A DNA stretch of 64,000 nt from Eledone cirrhosa (GCA_964016885.1 OZ024742.1:71734001-71798000); one strand, 5' to 3'. Counted from the stretch's first letter, positions 1 to 13,917 are shown. Notes: a model not told the origin generated them from the sequence alone. Numbers and translations: made by a program.

Positions 1-433
1 AATTTAAAATGTATTGAAAAGACAAAGAAATTATGGGTCAGATTGGGTTGGGTTGAAGAGGGTGTGGTTATCATATTTTATTTTATTTGGAGCAGAAATG
101 TGAATTGCTGTCTGTCTATTTGTCTGCTTACCTGTTTATCTGTCTCATAAATACACATTCACACACATACCCTCTCTCTTTCTCTCTTTCTCTCTCTCTC
201 CCTCTCACTCTCTCTCTTTCTCTTGCTGGACAGTTGAGCAACCATTTCTACAATCTCTTGCTTTATATAAATGTACACACACACACACATGAAACATACA
301 GATGTACACATATATATTTAAACATACACATATATATAATATATATGCTCCAACTCTTGCTAGCAGGGAGAATGGATCTTAAATGATGGTGATGATAGTA
401 TATCACATCATATATGCACACTCACATGCACAA

Positions 434-516
<83 letters not shown>

Positions 517-814
517 CATACATACACACAAACACATACAATACATATATAGTCTCATGCTATAAACGATATTGTGTTGATCAGCTGCTTCTCTCTGTTA
601 CTTCTACTGATGATGGTGGTGATGGTGGTGGTGATGTTGCCAGAGTGGAGGGACAGTTGTGGTGGTGGTATAGGGGATAATTATTTTGTCTGAAAAAAAA
701 TGACAACAGACTTGATATCTCAGTGACAAACATTGATTCTTATTTGTTTTGTTTCTATCTTGTACCATCTTGGGCACTTACATACACACACCCGTATATA
801 CGTGTATGTATGTT

Positions 815-819
<5 letters not shown>

Positions 820-869
<50 letters not shown>

Positions 870-886
870 TTGTGTGTGTGTGTGTG

Positions 887-937
<51 letters not shown>
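820..937. repeat. (TG)n/(TA)n compound microsatellite
   Basis: Direct reading; other (TA)n runs at 435-510, 6053-6108 and 58912-58955. Confidence 0.97.
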
Positions 938-940
<3 letters not shown>

Positions 941-942
941 GA

Positions 943-1230
943 CAAGTGGCTTAGTGGTTAGAGAATTGAATTCACAATCATGAGGTTGTGAGTTCAATTC
1001 CTGGACCTGGTGATGTGTTGTGCACCTGAAGAAGACACTTTATTCTCATTGTTCTAGTTCACCAAGCTGTATCAGCCTTTGGATACAATAGGTAGCATGG
1101 AGAGGGGAGAGTGGTATGTATGGGTGACTGCTGATCTTTCAGAAACAACCTTGTATATATAAATGAGTAGGGTTTGTGTACTGCGTACATGAATTGCCAA
1201 AAGGAAGAGAAGTTGATACTGTATCCAAAG
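943..1230 (+). mobile_element. tRNA-derived SINE
   Basis: A-box TGGCTTAGTGG and B-box GAGTTCAATTCC; body shared with copies at about 12850-13070 (+), 37220-37362 (-), 4375-4615 (-) and 35640-35800 (+). Confidence 0.75.
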
Positions 1231-1848
1231 TTCTCCTCCTCCTCTTCGTCCACCTATTCCTGAGAGAGTCATGGGGGCAGAGTCCTCAAACACTCCTTCC
1301 AACAGGTCCTATCAGAAGCAACCGTCTCCAATCGATCCGGCTGGATCCCCAAGCAAGACCAGCCGATCTCATCGATGTTATTCAGCCATCTTTCTCAGTG
1401 GGTTTTTGCCTGTAAAATCTGTACTGTGAAGACTGAGACACTTGTCCTCTCAAGGAAACCTGCGCAGTGCACTCTACATGTGAATGGAGTTCTACAAAAG
1501 CAGGTGGAGAAGTTCAAGTATCTGTGTTCACAAGTGATGGAAGGCAAAAATTACTGCACCAGCTTCAGCATTCAGTAATCTGAAGAAGGGCGGGTAGGTG
1601 TAAAAGCCAAACTCTCTATCTTCAGCTTGGTCTTCATGCCAACCCTTATCTATGGTCATGAATCTTGGGTAATGACTGAAAGAATATGATCATGTATACA
1701 AGTGGCTGAAATGGGGTACTTCTGAAGTGTCTTTGCAGTAATGTTACTTGCTTGAGTGCATAGCTCAGAGATCAAAGAGTCTCCCCAGGTAGAGCTGCTA
1801 CTTCTCTGAATTGAGAGATCACAGCTCCGATATTACAGGTATGTGGTA
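1231..1848 (-). mobile_element. same RTE family as 57420-58233; 3' end on minus (1231-1418) with inverted 5' segment on plus (1411-1848)
   Basis: 1231-1418 matches the reverse complement of about 58038-58233; 1411-1848 matches about 57528-58007 directly. Confidence 0.85.
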
Positions 1849-3471
1849 TGTAAAGTTAAATGTTCAATTTATGTACTAAGAAATACAAATTGACAGTAAC
1901 TAACATCAACTCTTCTTTCTCAGTACATATATTAAATTTGAGTGTGTATATATGTGTGGTGAAATTAGTGAGGTAGTGGACAACCTACTAAGAAATCTAT
2001 AGCATATCTTGCATTATGTATGTGGTCAAGGTAGTTATTTCGTGATGACAGTATACCTAGCTGTAGTTAACAGAAGATGGTACAATTCACTGCTGTAAAA
2101 ACATTGGCATTACTGACACTAACAGAGCCATTTGTCATGTGATAATGCTGAGTTAAGCCCCTCATATGGGATAAGATAAGGGAACCCAGAGATAAGCAAT
2201 GATCCTTTTCTATAGACCTTTAAAATTTGCAGAAGGGCATTGTTTGTGTGTATGTGTGTGTGTGTGTATGTGTAGACACTATAAAAAGACTTGATGTCAT
2301 GAATTGTTTACTATAAATTTTTTTCTCTATATTATTATTTATTTGGTAATACCTCTATTTCTATTTCTCTGCTTAGTCTATAGGTTGGGAGGACCTTGTG
2401 AGTGAACACTTATAAAAATTTTGTCTCATTACACAAAGTGATGTTTTCTCATCCATCACTTTACACATATACACAAAGTTAACACACACATACACATATG
2501 CATAAAGTTAAAACTTCAAGCCATAAAGAAGTATTCCATCATTGTAATTTTTGTGTTTGTTTACTTAGCTGAACATAATGTCTATGCTACAAGAGATGTA
2601 GGCAAAGTTTTTCCTGCAGTAGGCCTGTGAGAAATTCATCATTATAAATTGGGCTACAACTAAAATAATTTCACGCCCTATATACTAACGGTAACACCAT
2701 ATATATACACTAAGCAAATTATAACAACTTTTTTGAGAGGGAAAGTCTTAAGTAATTGAAGGAGAGAAAGAAACAAAATTGTTTGAATTAACTGTACCAG
2801 ATATAAACACTTTGTTAGTAAAACAGTTTGTAAAACTATAGTATATTTATATAACCATCACATTACACTGCATGTGACTTATTGGTACAATAAAGTTATT
2901 TTGCCAATGCCTGCGCTAAGCTCAGGCGGTTTCAGCTTGTAACTACTATCTCATTAATATGCCCACTAGGCATCTCTCCATGCATCAAATACTACTCAGA
3001 TTTGTAGTCTTCCCGGCCTCTGTACCGCAGATACTCAATATATATATATATATATGTCTAATCTCTGCTAGCATGGAAAATGGAGGTTAAATTGTGATGA
3101 TGATATATACAATGTACATAATTACTATTAAACATGTGAGCATGACTGGATTAAAATGACTAGAGAACATTTGGAGCTTCCCAGCCCCTGCTTTTAAGAA
3201 ATTTGATTAAAATAAAAAATAGATAAATGTAGGCCAATAAAACAGAAGTGACACCCAAAGAAAAAGAAATGTATTTAATTACAATTATAATATTCTAAAT
3301 TTTGATATAAGTGCCATGTTTCATAGCTATATTATTAATATATATTTTAAAACAGGGCTGGGCTCCCTTGATGATAAAACTCGCATAGTTGTAGCCCACT
3401 ATCTCATACTTCCTGCAAAGTTTCTGTACCCACAAACTGCTTACTGTTCATTTAGATTGATCAAGCTATAT

Positions 3472-3906
3472 GATAATCCTTACCCACAGGCAATCCTTAC
3501 TCTCTCCACATATAATCCCTACCCACAGGCAATCCTTACTCTCTCCACATATAATCCCTACCTACAGGCAATCCTTACTCTCTCCACATATAATCCCTAC
3601 CCACAGGCAATCCTTACTCTCTCCACATATAATCCCTACCCACAGGCAATCCTTACTCTCTCCACATATAATCCCTACCCACAGGCAATCCTTACTCTCT
3701 CCACATATAATCCCTACCTACAGGCAATCCTTACTCTCTCCACATATAATCCCTACCCACAGGCAATCCTTACTCTCTCCACATATAATCCCTACCTACA
3801 GGCAATCCCTACTCTCTCCACATATAATCCCTACCTACAGGCAATCCTTACTGTCCCCACATATAATCCCTACCCACAGGCAAGCCTTACTGTCCCCTCA
3901 TATATA
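3472..3906. repeat. 39-bp minisatellite, about 11 copies
   Basis: Unit ATAATCCCTACCCACAGGCAATCCTTACTCTCTCCACAT, head-to-tail with no spacers. Confidence 0.95.
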
Positions 3907-5121
3907 AATGTTCATCTTTGGTATCACACTTTTTTTCATTTCGTCTCCTTTCTTTTACATCTCTCACTTTTCTTTTCGTTTAATGACTTAATTCCTGTGT
4001 ACAGTGTGTCATCATCATCAAAACCAATTCTCTGCACACTACCATATTCTTCATCCATCACCACATCCCTGACATGCCATTTCCCTCTAATCATTAAATA
4101 TCTTGCCAAACTTTATTTCGATTTATACTGATGGTATCACTGTCTACCAAGCATAAGTATGTGTGCGTCTATATATATAGAGAGACAAAGGTATTAATGG
4201 AAAATTAATCTTTTTTCCTCAAAGAACCGTATTTATTCTCTTATGGTCGTTTTAAATTGATAATATATTTCTAACTTTGATATATATATATGAGAGATGA
4301 TTTGAAGTATTATATTTGGTTTTTCACTTAAATTAAATTATATATAGAAAGGGTAAAAATCACTATAGTCAGTAATGGCCATGAGTTTTGCACCTAGAAA
4401 GTTCCTCTCCAAGGCACAGTTTTGGGCAAGATGTTTTGTAGAAGACCAGCAGTCGCCCATGTATACCAGCCCCCCTCTGCATGTCACTGATATTATCTAA
4501 AGAAAAGGCAAAGACCAATACAGCTTGGCACTAGTGAAGTCGCAACTCATTTTTTTCCAACTGAGTGAACTGGGACAACATGAAATAAAGTGTCTTACTT
4601 AAGAATACAGTGCTCTAACACATGCATATACAAAGGCCACCTAGGTATTAGGTATTTACAACTTTATTAAAGTCTAAGCATAATATTTGACTTTCAAATA
4701 TCTAAGTGACTTTATTAAGACCCTGTATATGTGTAGGCACGACAACAATACCTAGTGTATTATTAGTGTTCTTTCTCTTGGATAATACTGGTGACAACTG
4801 AGATAGAAATAAAAGCTACACATACATGTCCCCCTATTAATGGATTTTAAGATGGTAGTAACTATAGCAATACACCAATATCTGTGACAATTGTCTTCTG
4901 ACAGCTTTAATGCTGTATCAGGAACAATTAATATAGACAAAGATTTCTAGTTTTTAAATGGTTTGTATATGTTATCTTTAGTGGAATCAGTAAGTCTGAT
5001 TATGTCAGTCTTATCACTTAAAGCCAGTCTTATCTTCTACTAGCTTATTTACCATGCTGATCATTGAAAGTTATAAAAATGCTTAACCACTTTACTTCTG
5101 TTGTTACCAAAAACCAGAAAA

Positions 5122-5125
5122 TCTC

Positions 5126-5220
<95 letters not shown>
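5122..5220. repeat. (CT)n microsatellite
   Basis: Direct reading. Confidence 0.97.
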
Positions 5221-5222
<2 letters not shown>

Positions 5223-6044
5223 ACACATTTATTTGCTACACTTGGCTCATGTTGTTTAACCAGTCCAGTCCTGTGTTGAAATATCTTAAGAAAGACACAC
5301 ACTCACAACTTGTGTTCTAACAGCGAAAAGCTGTTTCTATATTTGGGTCCTAAGTAAAAGTTATCAACTGATATATTTACCATCTTAATACTTAAGAATG
5401 CTTAAAATTATTTTAGAGTGCTGATATGACAGTGGTGCAGTGATGAGTTGTGCAATATATTTATTTATCATGCCTAATTCTTAAACAAGATGACAGATCT
5501 GTAGAGTTATTGAATTAAGATTCAATAACTCTGTTTAAATAATTGTTTATGTTGTTCTGTGTAGAAATTAATTCTTTTCTGGAGAATATTGCTACAATCA
5601 GTAATAATTTACTTCCCTGAGCAATTAACACTCAATGATTTATCTAAAAAAAATAACATTGATTTAGGAAAATGTTTTATAGATATTTCTCAGATCACTG
5701 ATGGATTATTTTACTGTTGTTGGGTTTGGGGGGGGGGGTGCATTCGCCCCCTACCCCCATCCGTGTGCTGGGCTTGAGTAATCAACCTTATCCAGCAATT
5801 GTCTGTCTTCGGTTTTCTTGTTGGAATAGTAGTGGTTTATGATGAAATAGCCATAAGATTATTAGCCTAGTGCAGTGAGGGAGAGAACTAACATGTAGGC
5901 TGTTACTTAACTGCAGTTCTGTCAGCTTTCTCTCTGCCTACACATATGTAAGATAGTTTGTCCCATCACCCTTAGCATACCAAAAATATTCTCATTGAAT
6001 TAAATAACAAACTGATACATACATACATATATACATACACATAT

Positions 6045-6112
<68 letters not shown>

Positions 6113-7424
6113 GGGAGTGGGGTGCAGGTTGGCTCTTATTTTGATGAATGGAATATACATATAAAAACATCTGTATTTACAGTGTTTGAGCATGATCAAT
6201 GTTATCAATCAATTTAGCAAAATGGAGTTATTAATTATAACTATTTTTTTTTTATTTAATCAGAGATTAAGTTAATAACTATTTATTTTATATAATCACC
6301 ATAAAATTTCAAAATTTCAAAATTATAGACTTTTTTTCCTATGTAACTTTATCCAATGTTATCAACACTGTCAAAAGTATACTCCCAAAATGACCCCACT
6401 CTAGTTAGTCATGTTTGACCGTGTGTGTGTTAATGGCAGTTTTGTTTCTCTTTGATTATTTTGCTGCTTTATATTAATAGTTCCATTGTATCATGGCTGG
6501 ACTGCTATTTTATAAATTAAATATCTTAAATTTTGTTAATCACTCAATGTTGGAGTAGCAATGGAATTTATTTTTATAATAAGAGTTATGTCCCTTGCAC
6601 TGTCTCTAAAGATTACAATTACTTTGTGTGTGTTTGCATCTCCTCCATACACTAGCTCCAAAGGTCCCACCAACCAAATCCACACACTCACCAACACCAT
6701 ACACCACTGATCATAACCTTGCTTCAGTTTTATAATGTTTTTATTTCACTGCCATACCACATATCTCTACAGCTTTCTCACATACTGTATTATTCAATGT
6801 ATTGGACACATCTCCACTTTGATCAGAAAAATGTGTGGAAAAGGCTAGTTTCCAGAAGACTATGAAGTTAAACTATTAGAATCCAGCGTTTCATCATAGA
6901 AAAGCTCAATATCGATAATATTGCATAAGAAAAAGTATGATCAAAATCAAGGGTAGTAGGTGTTGGTTGATCCTTAATACAGTTTCCTGTTTTCTCAAGA
7001 ACAGAGCTGGAAGCATTTAGTTATAGCATATACTACACACACCCACAAAAAAGTGAGGAAAACTGTGTGGTATACATGGAAGAATATGGTATATGAAACC
7101 CTCTGTCATCCTTATTATATATTGTTACAGTCGTCACTTGTTGAGTAACGGTGATTACTTGACTTTCATATCACCCTCTAATTCTATAACAGTTTCTAGC
7201 TCATAATACATGCTTGCTTTGCTTAGAGTGAAGTTTGACGTCAAGATTTAGTTCAATCATATCAGAAATGTCTCTAGCCTGCTCTATTATACCCTACCAC
7301 CTTGTTATGGCACATCTGTAATCTCTATTTCTGCTGTGCTCCAACAGTATATATTGGAATTAATTCAGCATCAAATCAAAATGTGCATGTATGAAAATAA
7401 ACAAAAATCCCTACAAGGTATATC

Positions 7425-7455
<31 letters not shown>

Positions 7456-8529
7456 GCATAGAAGCTTTATATATGGTATTTTTCACCTTCATGTAATGAT
7501 CAGTTCTCAGCTTTGATTTAGAGTTGTAGTCATGCTTGTTATACTGTAGAGGAAGGTATAAACACTGCCACATCTCATCACTATCTCTCTTACTCTCTCA
7601 TATAGCAGGGAAAACAAACATTAAATAATGATATGCATGTATCTTCAAGTCATCTTATCATAAAGCAGCATTGATGCTACTCTAGGAGTTTAAGATATTC
7701 ATATTCTCTAAATCTGATATTGCTTTCCCAGATATCAATGAGATTTAACAATACTATCTTATTCCTTTTAGATTTTGGTTTGGCTATATGTATAAAGATC
7801 TATAACACACACTGTTCTAAAGTGTTATAAATACTAAATAGACTTGCATTTAAATAGCTCAGTATACATTTTCAATTTAGTTTTTCTTTGTACTGTGTTG
7901 TTCCTGCTAATTAGTTAAAAGATTGATATTTACCAATTATAGTGTCTTCAAATTCTAACAATTCAAATAAAACCACCCTATATAAATCCTCCAAGGCCCT
8001 AACTGCAGTTAAATGGGTGTTGTTGCCAAGGATATGGCAAAAACAAAATCAAAGACCCAGTCTTTGGTGATATCTAACAATATTATTATTAATAGTATTA
8101 TTCAGATAATGTGTATGCGCGTGGTTTTATATATATATGTTTGTATGAAGGAAATTGCATTTGTGTATATATGTATGCATGTGTGTGTGTGTGTGTGGCT
8201 TTAACAACGGCCCACCAGATATAAAGAAACTTTATTTTTTACTATGCACATGTGTGTGTGTGTGTAATATGCAGGTGTGTATGTTGAACATACATACTAG
8301 TTTGTGTGTATGTGTGTATATAACAAATATAGAGGTGTGTGTAACATAAATATACAGGTGTGTGTGTGTAACATGCATTCCAGTTTGTGTGTGTGTGTTA
8401 CAAATATTGTTGATGTACTAGTTTTAACATGCATTTCATTCAGGACTTGAAGGAACTTAGTATGTAGAAGATTTAAAGGTATTTTGGTCATGTCAGATAA
8501 TTCCATTTTCTACAATATATGTTTTGTCA

Positions 8530-8720
8530 ATTGTTCTAAACCTATCAACATAGACAGCTAGATACAGTCATGTGACTTTATCTTAGCATCACATTGACTG
8601 CTTGATAGTCATGTGATGTCTAACCATCAACAGACTGCTAGATACAGTCATGTGATCTTGACTAACCATCAACATAGACAATTAGATACAGTCATGTGAC
8701 CTTTCTTGTCTAACAATTAA
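8530..8720. repeat. ~45-55-bp degenerate tandem repeat, 4 copies, each containing AGTCATGTGA
   Basis: CATCAACATAGACAGCTAGATACAGTCATGTGA-like unit. Confidence 0.75.
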
Positions 8721-9328
8721 CTATGCAAAGTCAAAATCTTTGCTTGATAAATTTAAAAGAAAATTGATAAAACTTCAAAGCTTTTCTTTCACTATCTATC
8801 TATCTTTCTATCTGTCTATTTATCTATCTCCTCATACCTTCCTTCTGCTATATTTTCTAAACATTGCCAGACACAATTCAGTTTCACTCCAGCATTGCTT
8901 CATTTCCCTGTTTTTACGAAAACCCTTGTATGTCTTTCTTTTGCAACTTAACGTCTCTCAGCCACCCTTACCCTCCTCTACTACCACCACCACCGTTACC
9001 ATCTCCACCACTATTTATTTATTCCAATAATGATTATATTGGATAACTTTGAAATCTAGTCATCAGAAGCTGTCCAAATGTTATGCATTAATCTCACACA
9101 GTGAACTATTATAGAAACTCAGTTTTACTACAAACACACGCGCGCGCACACACACATATGCATACACACACTAATATATATGTATGTGAATTTATGTTTA
9201 GATACATGTAAATATGTGTGTATATATATACATATATATATATATGTACATAAATGTATACTTATATATATATGTATAATAGTGTGAGTGTATATAAATT
9301 AATTTACACACACTCATATATATACATA

Positions 9329-9458
9329 CAGGGTGTCCCAAAAGATATATACACACTATCTAGTTCATAGGTTACTCCGAATCGAAGCATATAAAAGCTC
9401 TTTACAATTTAACCTAATTTTTTTTCAAAGATGTGAGTACATTTTTTGTGACACCCTG
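9329..9458. mobile_element. Tc1/mariner-type MITE (130 bp)
   Basis: TA|CAGGGTGTCCCAAAA ... TTTTGTGACACCCTG|TA terminal inverted repeats with TA duplication. Confidence 0.8.
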
Positions 9459-9854
9459 TATATATAATATATATATATATAAAATACATATATAATTCAT
9501 TCAAATATCATTCATACATATGCCTGTTCATACACACACACGCATACATATATACACAGGTACATAGAACAAAGATCTACAAGGATTGTAGCTTTTAGTT
9601 TTTTTATTTATTTATTTTATTTTTTATTTTCTGTCTTTTGTTTCTGTTTTTATTTGTAAAGCAAAAAACAAAATCCAAACTGCTTGGGAAAAAACAAGAA
9701 AAACCAAAAATAACGTAATGATAAAATAAAATAAATCTGGAGAGAATAATATAAATGACCTTGCTTAAAATCTAAATTTTTTTTCTTTTCCACACTTCTC
9801 TAACTTGCCATTTGCAAACTGGTGAATAATGATCTAAAACAACATTATATATAT

Positions 9855-10972
9855 TTTTTAACTGGTTGAAGTCTTTCATTCTCAGTCGAAGAGAGGTAGT
9901 CACGGTTCTGGGACAGCATTCCTCACCATATGAGATGTCATCTGGTATACCACAGGGATCTGTTTGTGGCATATATTAATGACATAGATGCCAACTTAAA
10001 GAATGCCACAGTACTAAAGTACGCAGATGACATCAAGCTGTACCTTGAGATAAAAAGGACAGATCCTGAACACTATAGATCTTGCCTGCAATTGACCTGG
10101 ACACAATGCAACAATGGATCTCAGACCGGCAACTCAAGCTAGCTGTGGACAAGTGCACCACCATGCATGTTGGGTGTAAAAACCCAGCGTCCACATACTC
10201 CCTCCACAGCACTAATATTAAGAAGTCTTCTTGTGAACATGACCTGGGCATTACGGTCAGCAGCGATTTGCGTTGGACGAAGCACATCTCTAAAATTGTC
10301 AAGAGGGCCGAGGGTGTCTTAGCATCACTCAGCAAGACCATTGTCAGCCACTCTCCAGCTATCTGTTTAAAGCTGTATATAGCTATGGTGCAGCCACACT
10401 TAGAATTTGCATCACCAGTCTGGAATCTGGAACCCCTATCTTGCTCAGAACATTGACCGCCTGGAAACTGTTCAGAGACGTGCAACCAAGCAAATATCCT
10501 CCATCAGGCATCTACCATACTCTGAACGCCTTGCTTCTCTGCGCATGGATACATTGAAGCTCCGACGCCTGGCAACTGACTTGGTAAACACCCACAAAAT
10601 TTTTAACCATCTTGCCAACAACAACCCTGAGTTCCTTTTTGATTTCCATGTGTCTAACACACGTGGGCATGCCCACAAAGTCAGAAAACAGCACAGTTCC
10701 CATGACTTTCGGAAACATTTTTTCACGCTCAGAGCTGCTGAAGCATGGAACAAACTACCTGCATCCTTTAAAACCTCCATGCTTCCCAAGATTCGCCAAC
10801 ACTACACCTAATGTTCCCCTTCCATACACATACACACATGTATATCATGACTCATACACTATTCACTTCCCTGACATTTGTATATTATTCTATGTACTAT
10901 ACATGCACCTTTGACGAGTTGTAGTGCACCTGAACACTTTACACAATAATTTCATTATTATTATTATTATTA
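9855..10972 (+). mobile_element. CR1/L2-group LINE 3' part with (TTA)n tail
   Basis: SGIPQGS, YINDI, KYADDIKLY, DLGITVSSDL.W..HI, PHLEFASPVWNP, LETVQRRATK, NTRGH, FF..R...WNKLP; frameshifted. Confidence 0.9.
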
Positions 10973-11299
10973 TATATATATATATAAATAGGGAGACACA
11001 AAGCAGGCTTTGTATAGAAACGGCTAGCGAATTTGAAAATTAGGTATTAACATGTGCGTACGCCGTATTTGACTAAATAAAATTAGTGTTAGTTGGGATG
11101 TTTTTAAAAACACTGAATGGAAAAAAGGATGAGTATTGACATACATGGGACACGAACCTGCATCTTTGCTTTGTGTTACCATTACACCAACACACCACCC
11201 ATGCTTCTTTCCATTCAATTAAAAGCTATATAACCATAGCAGGTATATATATGTATATAAATAGGGAGACACAAAGCAGGCTTTGTTTAGAAATGGCTA

Positions 11300-11915
11300 G
11301 TGGCATCCCAGTTTCGAAGCCGGGCACTGTCCATGCAACAGATGAAACCAAATTCTGGCAGCCTGGGAGTGGATGGCACTGCTATGAAGAGGGACAGGCC
11401 AGTTGGCCACGACAAACACATCTCACAGCAGAACCATGGTTTCGGAGCCCGACAATGGGTGAGACCACTATGAGAAGGGACAGGCCAGTTGGCTGCACTG
11501 AACCCCTCTCACAGCAGCACCCCAGTTTCAAAACTGGGCACTCTCCATGTGACGGACACTTCTCAATACAAAACTGGATAACCATGTGTGACTCCACTAT
11601 GATGAAGGACAGGAACCACAATTTTGAGAGCCCGGCACTGGATGACACCACTATGAGGAGGAACAGGCCAGTTGGTTGCACCGAACCCTTCTCACAGAGG
11701 CACCCCAGTTTTGGAGCCCGGCACTGGATGACACCACTATGAGGAGGGACAGTTTTGGAGCCGGACACTCTCCATGAAACAAACCCTTCTCAATATGAAA
11801 TCACATTGTGTGAGCCAGGGGCTAGTGGCACTCTCCACGCAGCAAACCCTACTCGATAGGAAGCCACATTGTGTGAGCCTGGGACTGGGTGACACCACTA
11901 TGAGGAGGGACAAGG
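11300..11915. repeat. GC-richer degenerate modular repeat
   Basis: Recurrent GACACCACTATGAGGAGGGACAG and GAGCCCGGCACT modules. Confidence 0.75.
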
Positions 11916-13104
11916 GTAGATTCTCAATTCAGGTGTTGGCTGGGCGTTTCCATCGTGACCTTGATTATTATGAATATTATTTTCCAATCAGTTATATTTG
12001 GCATGTGGGGGGGGGGGGGTGCAGTTAGGTTTCCAAGATGGCATTCTCCTTTTTCATTGGACTGTACTATGGTGGTGAGTGAGGGAGGGTGGGTGAGAAA
12101 AATATTTTATAAGAGATCAGGATGCTAAGTTTATTAAAGGGCATCTTAAAAAAGAGGCCCTGCTAAATAAAAAAATTATCTAATAAACAATGGGACATTT
12201 AAAATAAAAAATTGGAATAGAAAATTTGTCTCACTAAGGCACTGCTAAATAAAAAAAAAAATCTAATAAACTAAATATTAACATTATGGCTAAAATGAGG
12301 TAGATCTTAAGCGTAAGAGACAGCCAATAATGGTTGGCTTAAGAGATATGTATTATACATCACAGATGTATACGAAATAAATATTAAAGTTTGTTAAAGC
12401 ACAATTAAAAAATATAGGAAATTAAGATCAGGATGCTAAGTTTATTAAAGTGATATTTAAAAAAAATTTAGAATAGAAAATTTACCTCACCAAGGCGCTG
12501 CTAAATAAAAAAAACGATATATATGTATATATGTATATTATTTTTGTTTTTCCCCATATATCAGCAAACTACCAACAGACAGAAGCCGAAACCCTTTGAT
12601 AATATATTATCTCCTAAGGAGGTATTGGAGTGCAGTTATCTCAAAGTTTCAGAAGAAAAGGTGATGTAATTATGATTCTTTTCTTTGTTCCTTAATTAAA
12701 CCACAGGTGTAATGTGTATTGCGGGTAGGTGTGTGTGAGTGTGTATTGGGAGCACGTGACTGTGTATTGGAAGTAGGTGTGTTTGTTGGGAGCAGGTGTG
12801 TGTATAAGGAGCGTTAACCAGTGTTCACATTCCTGAGAAATGGTGATGACAATTCCCTTAAATCTCAGTTGTAAGGGTAGTAAGCTCATGACTGAGGTTT
12901 TGAGTTCGATTCCTGGAACATGCAGTGTGTTGTATCCTTGAGCAAAACACTTTACTATTACAATGCTCATAATCCACTCAGTTGGAAAATATAACGGGCT
13001 GCAACAACAATGGTGCCAAGTTGTATCAGCTTTTGCCTTTCCCTTGGACAATATTGGTAGTGTAGAGAGATCTAAGCTGAGCTAAACAGCTGTGTTAATC
13101 CGAT

Positions 13105-13880
13105 CCCAGATCAGATCCAATAATACAAGCAGTCTAATAGTGTTGACTAATAATACAGGCAGTCTGATAGTGTTAACTAATAAAGACATCAGATCTGATA
13201 ATACAGGCTGTCTGGTAATGTTGACTAACAATACAGACATCAGATCAGATCTGATAATACAGGCTGTCTGGTAATGTTGACTAACAATACAGACAGATCA
13301 GATCTGATAATACAGGCTGTCTGATAATGATCACTAATAATACAGACATCAGATCCGATAATACAGGCAGTCTGATAGTGTTGACTAATAATACAGGAGT
13401 CTGATAGTGTTGACTAATAAAGACATCAGCTCCGATAATACAGGCAGTCTGATAGTGTTGACTAATAATACAGACATCAGATCAGATCTGATAATACAGG
13501 CAGTCTGATATTGTTGGCTAATAATACAGACATTAGATTGAATGTCAGTTTAGATCCAATTCCAAAACAGGTCTGATGCCTGATCAGATCTGATAATACA
13601 GACAATCAGATAGTATTGACTAATAATACATATATCAGATCCGATAATACAGGCTATCTGATAGTGTTGACTAATAATACAGACATCAGATCCGATAATA
13701 TAGGCAGTTTGATAATTGTTTCTACGTTAGGCACAAGGCCAGCAATTACCCAATGCATTACTGGTACTTTATTTTATCGACTCCGTAAGGATGAAAGGCA
13801 AAGTTAACCTTGGCAGGATTTGAACTCAGAATGGCAGTCTGATAGTGATGACTAATAATACAGACATCAGATCCAATATA
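13105..13880. repeat. irregular ~30-56-bp minisatellite
   Basis: Recurrent ATCAGATCCGATAATACAGGCAGTCTGATAGTGTTGACTAATAATACAGAC. Confidence 0.9.
13715..13832 (-). mobile_element. SINE fragment inserted in a minisatellite
   Basis: Near-identical to 56818-56935 (GGCACAAGGCCAGCAATT...GGATGAAAGGCAAAGTTAACC...TTTGAACTCAGA). Confidence 0.7.
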
Positions 13881-13885
13881 TATGA

Positions 13886-13908
<23 letters not shown>

Positions 13909-13917
<9 letters not shown>

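Noticed and set aside
3316-4131. 271-aa repetitive ORF and CRISPR-like appearance of the 39-bp repeat
   Set aside because: Units are head-to-tail with no unique spacers and no cas genes; a 39-bp stop-free unit keeps frames open by construction.
10997-11020. Resemblance to Gateway attB sequences (AAAGCAGGCT, TTTGTATAGAAA)
   Set aside because: Only short partial matches, a diverged second copy at about 11270 and no other vector sequence; judged coincidental.
11146-11200. Functional tRNA gene
   Set aside because: A and B boxes are present but no acceptor stem or anticodon arm can be folded; likewise for the SINE heads.
11173-11742. 189-aa ORF as a gene
   Set aside because: Lies in a degenerate tandem repeat, with no splice or domain support.
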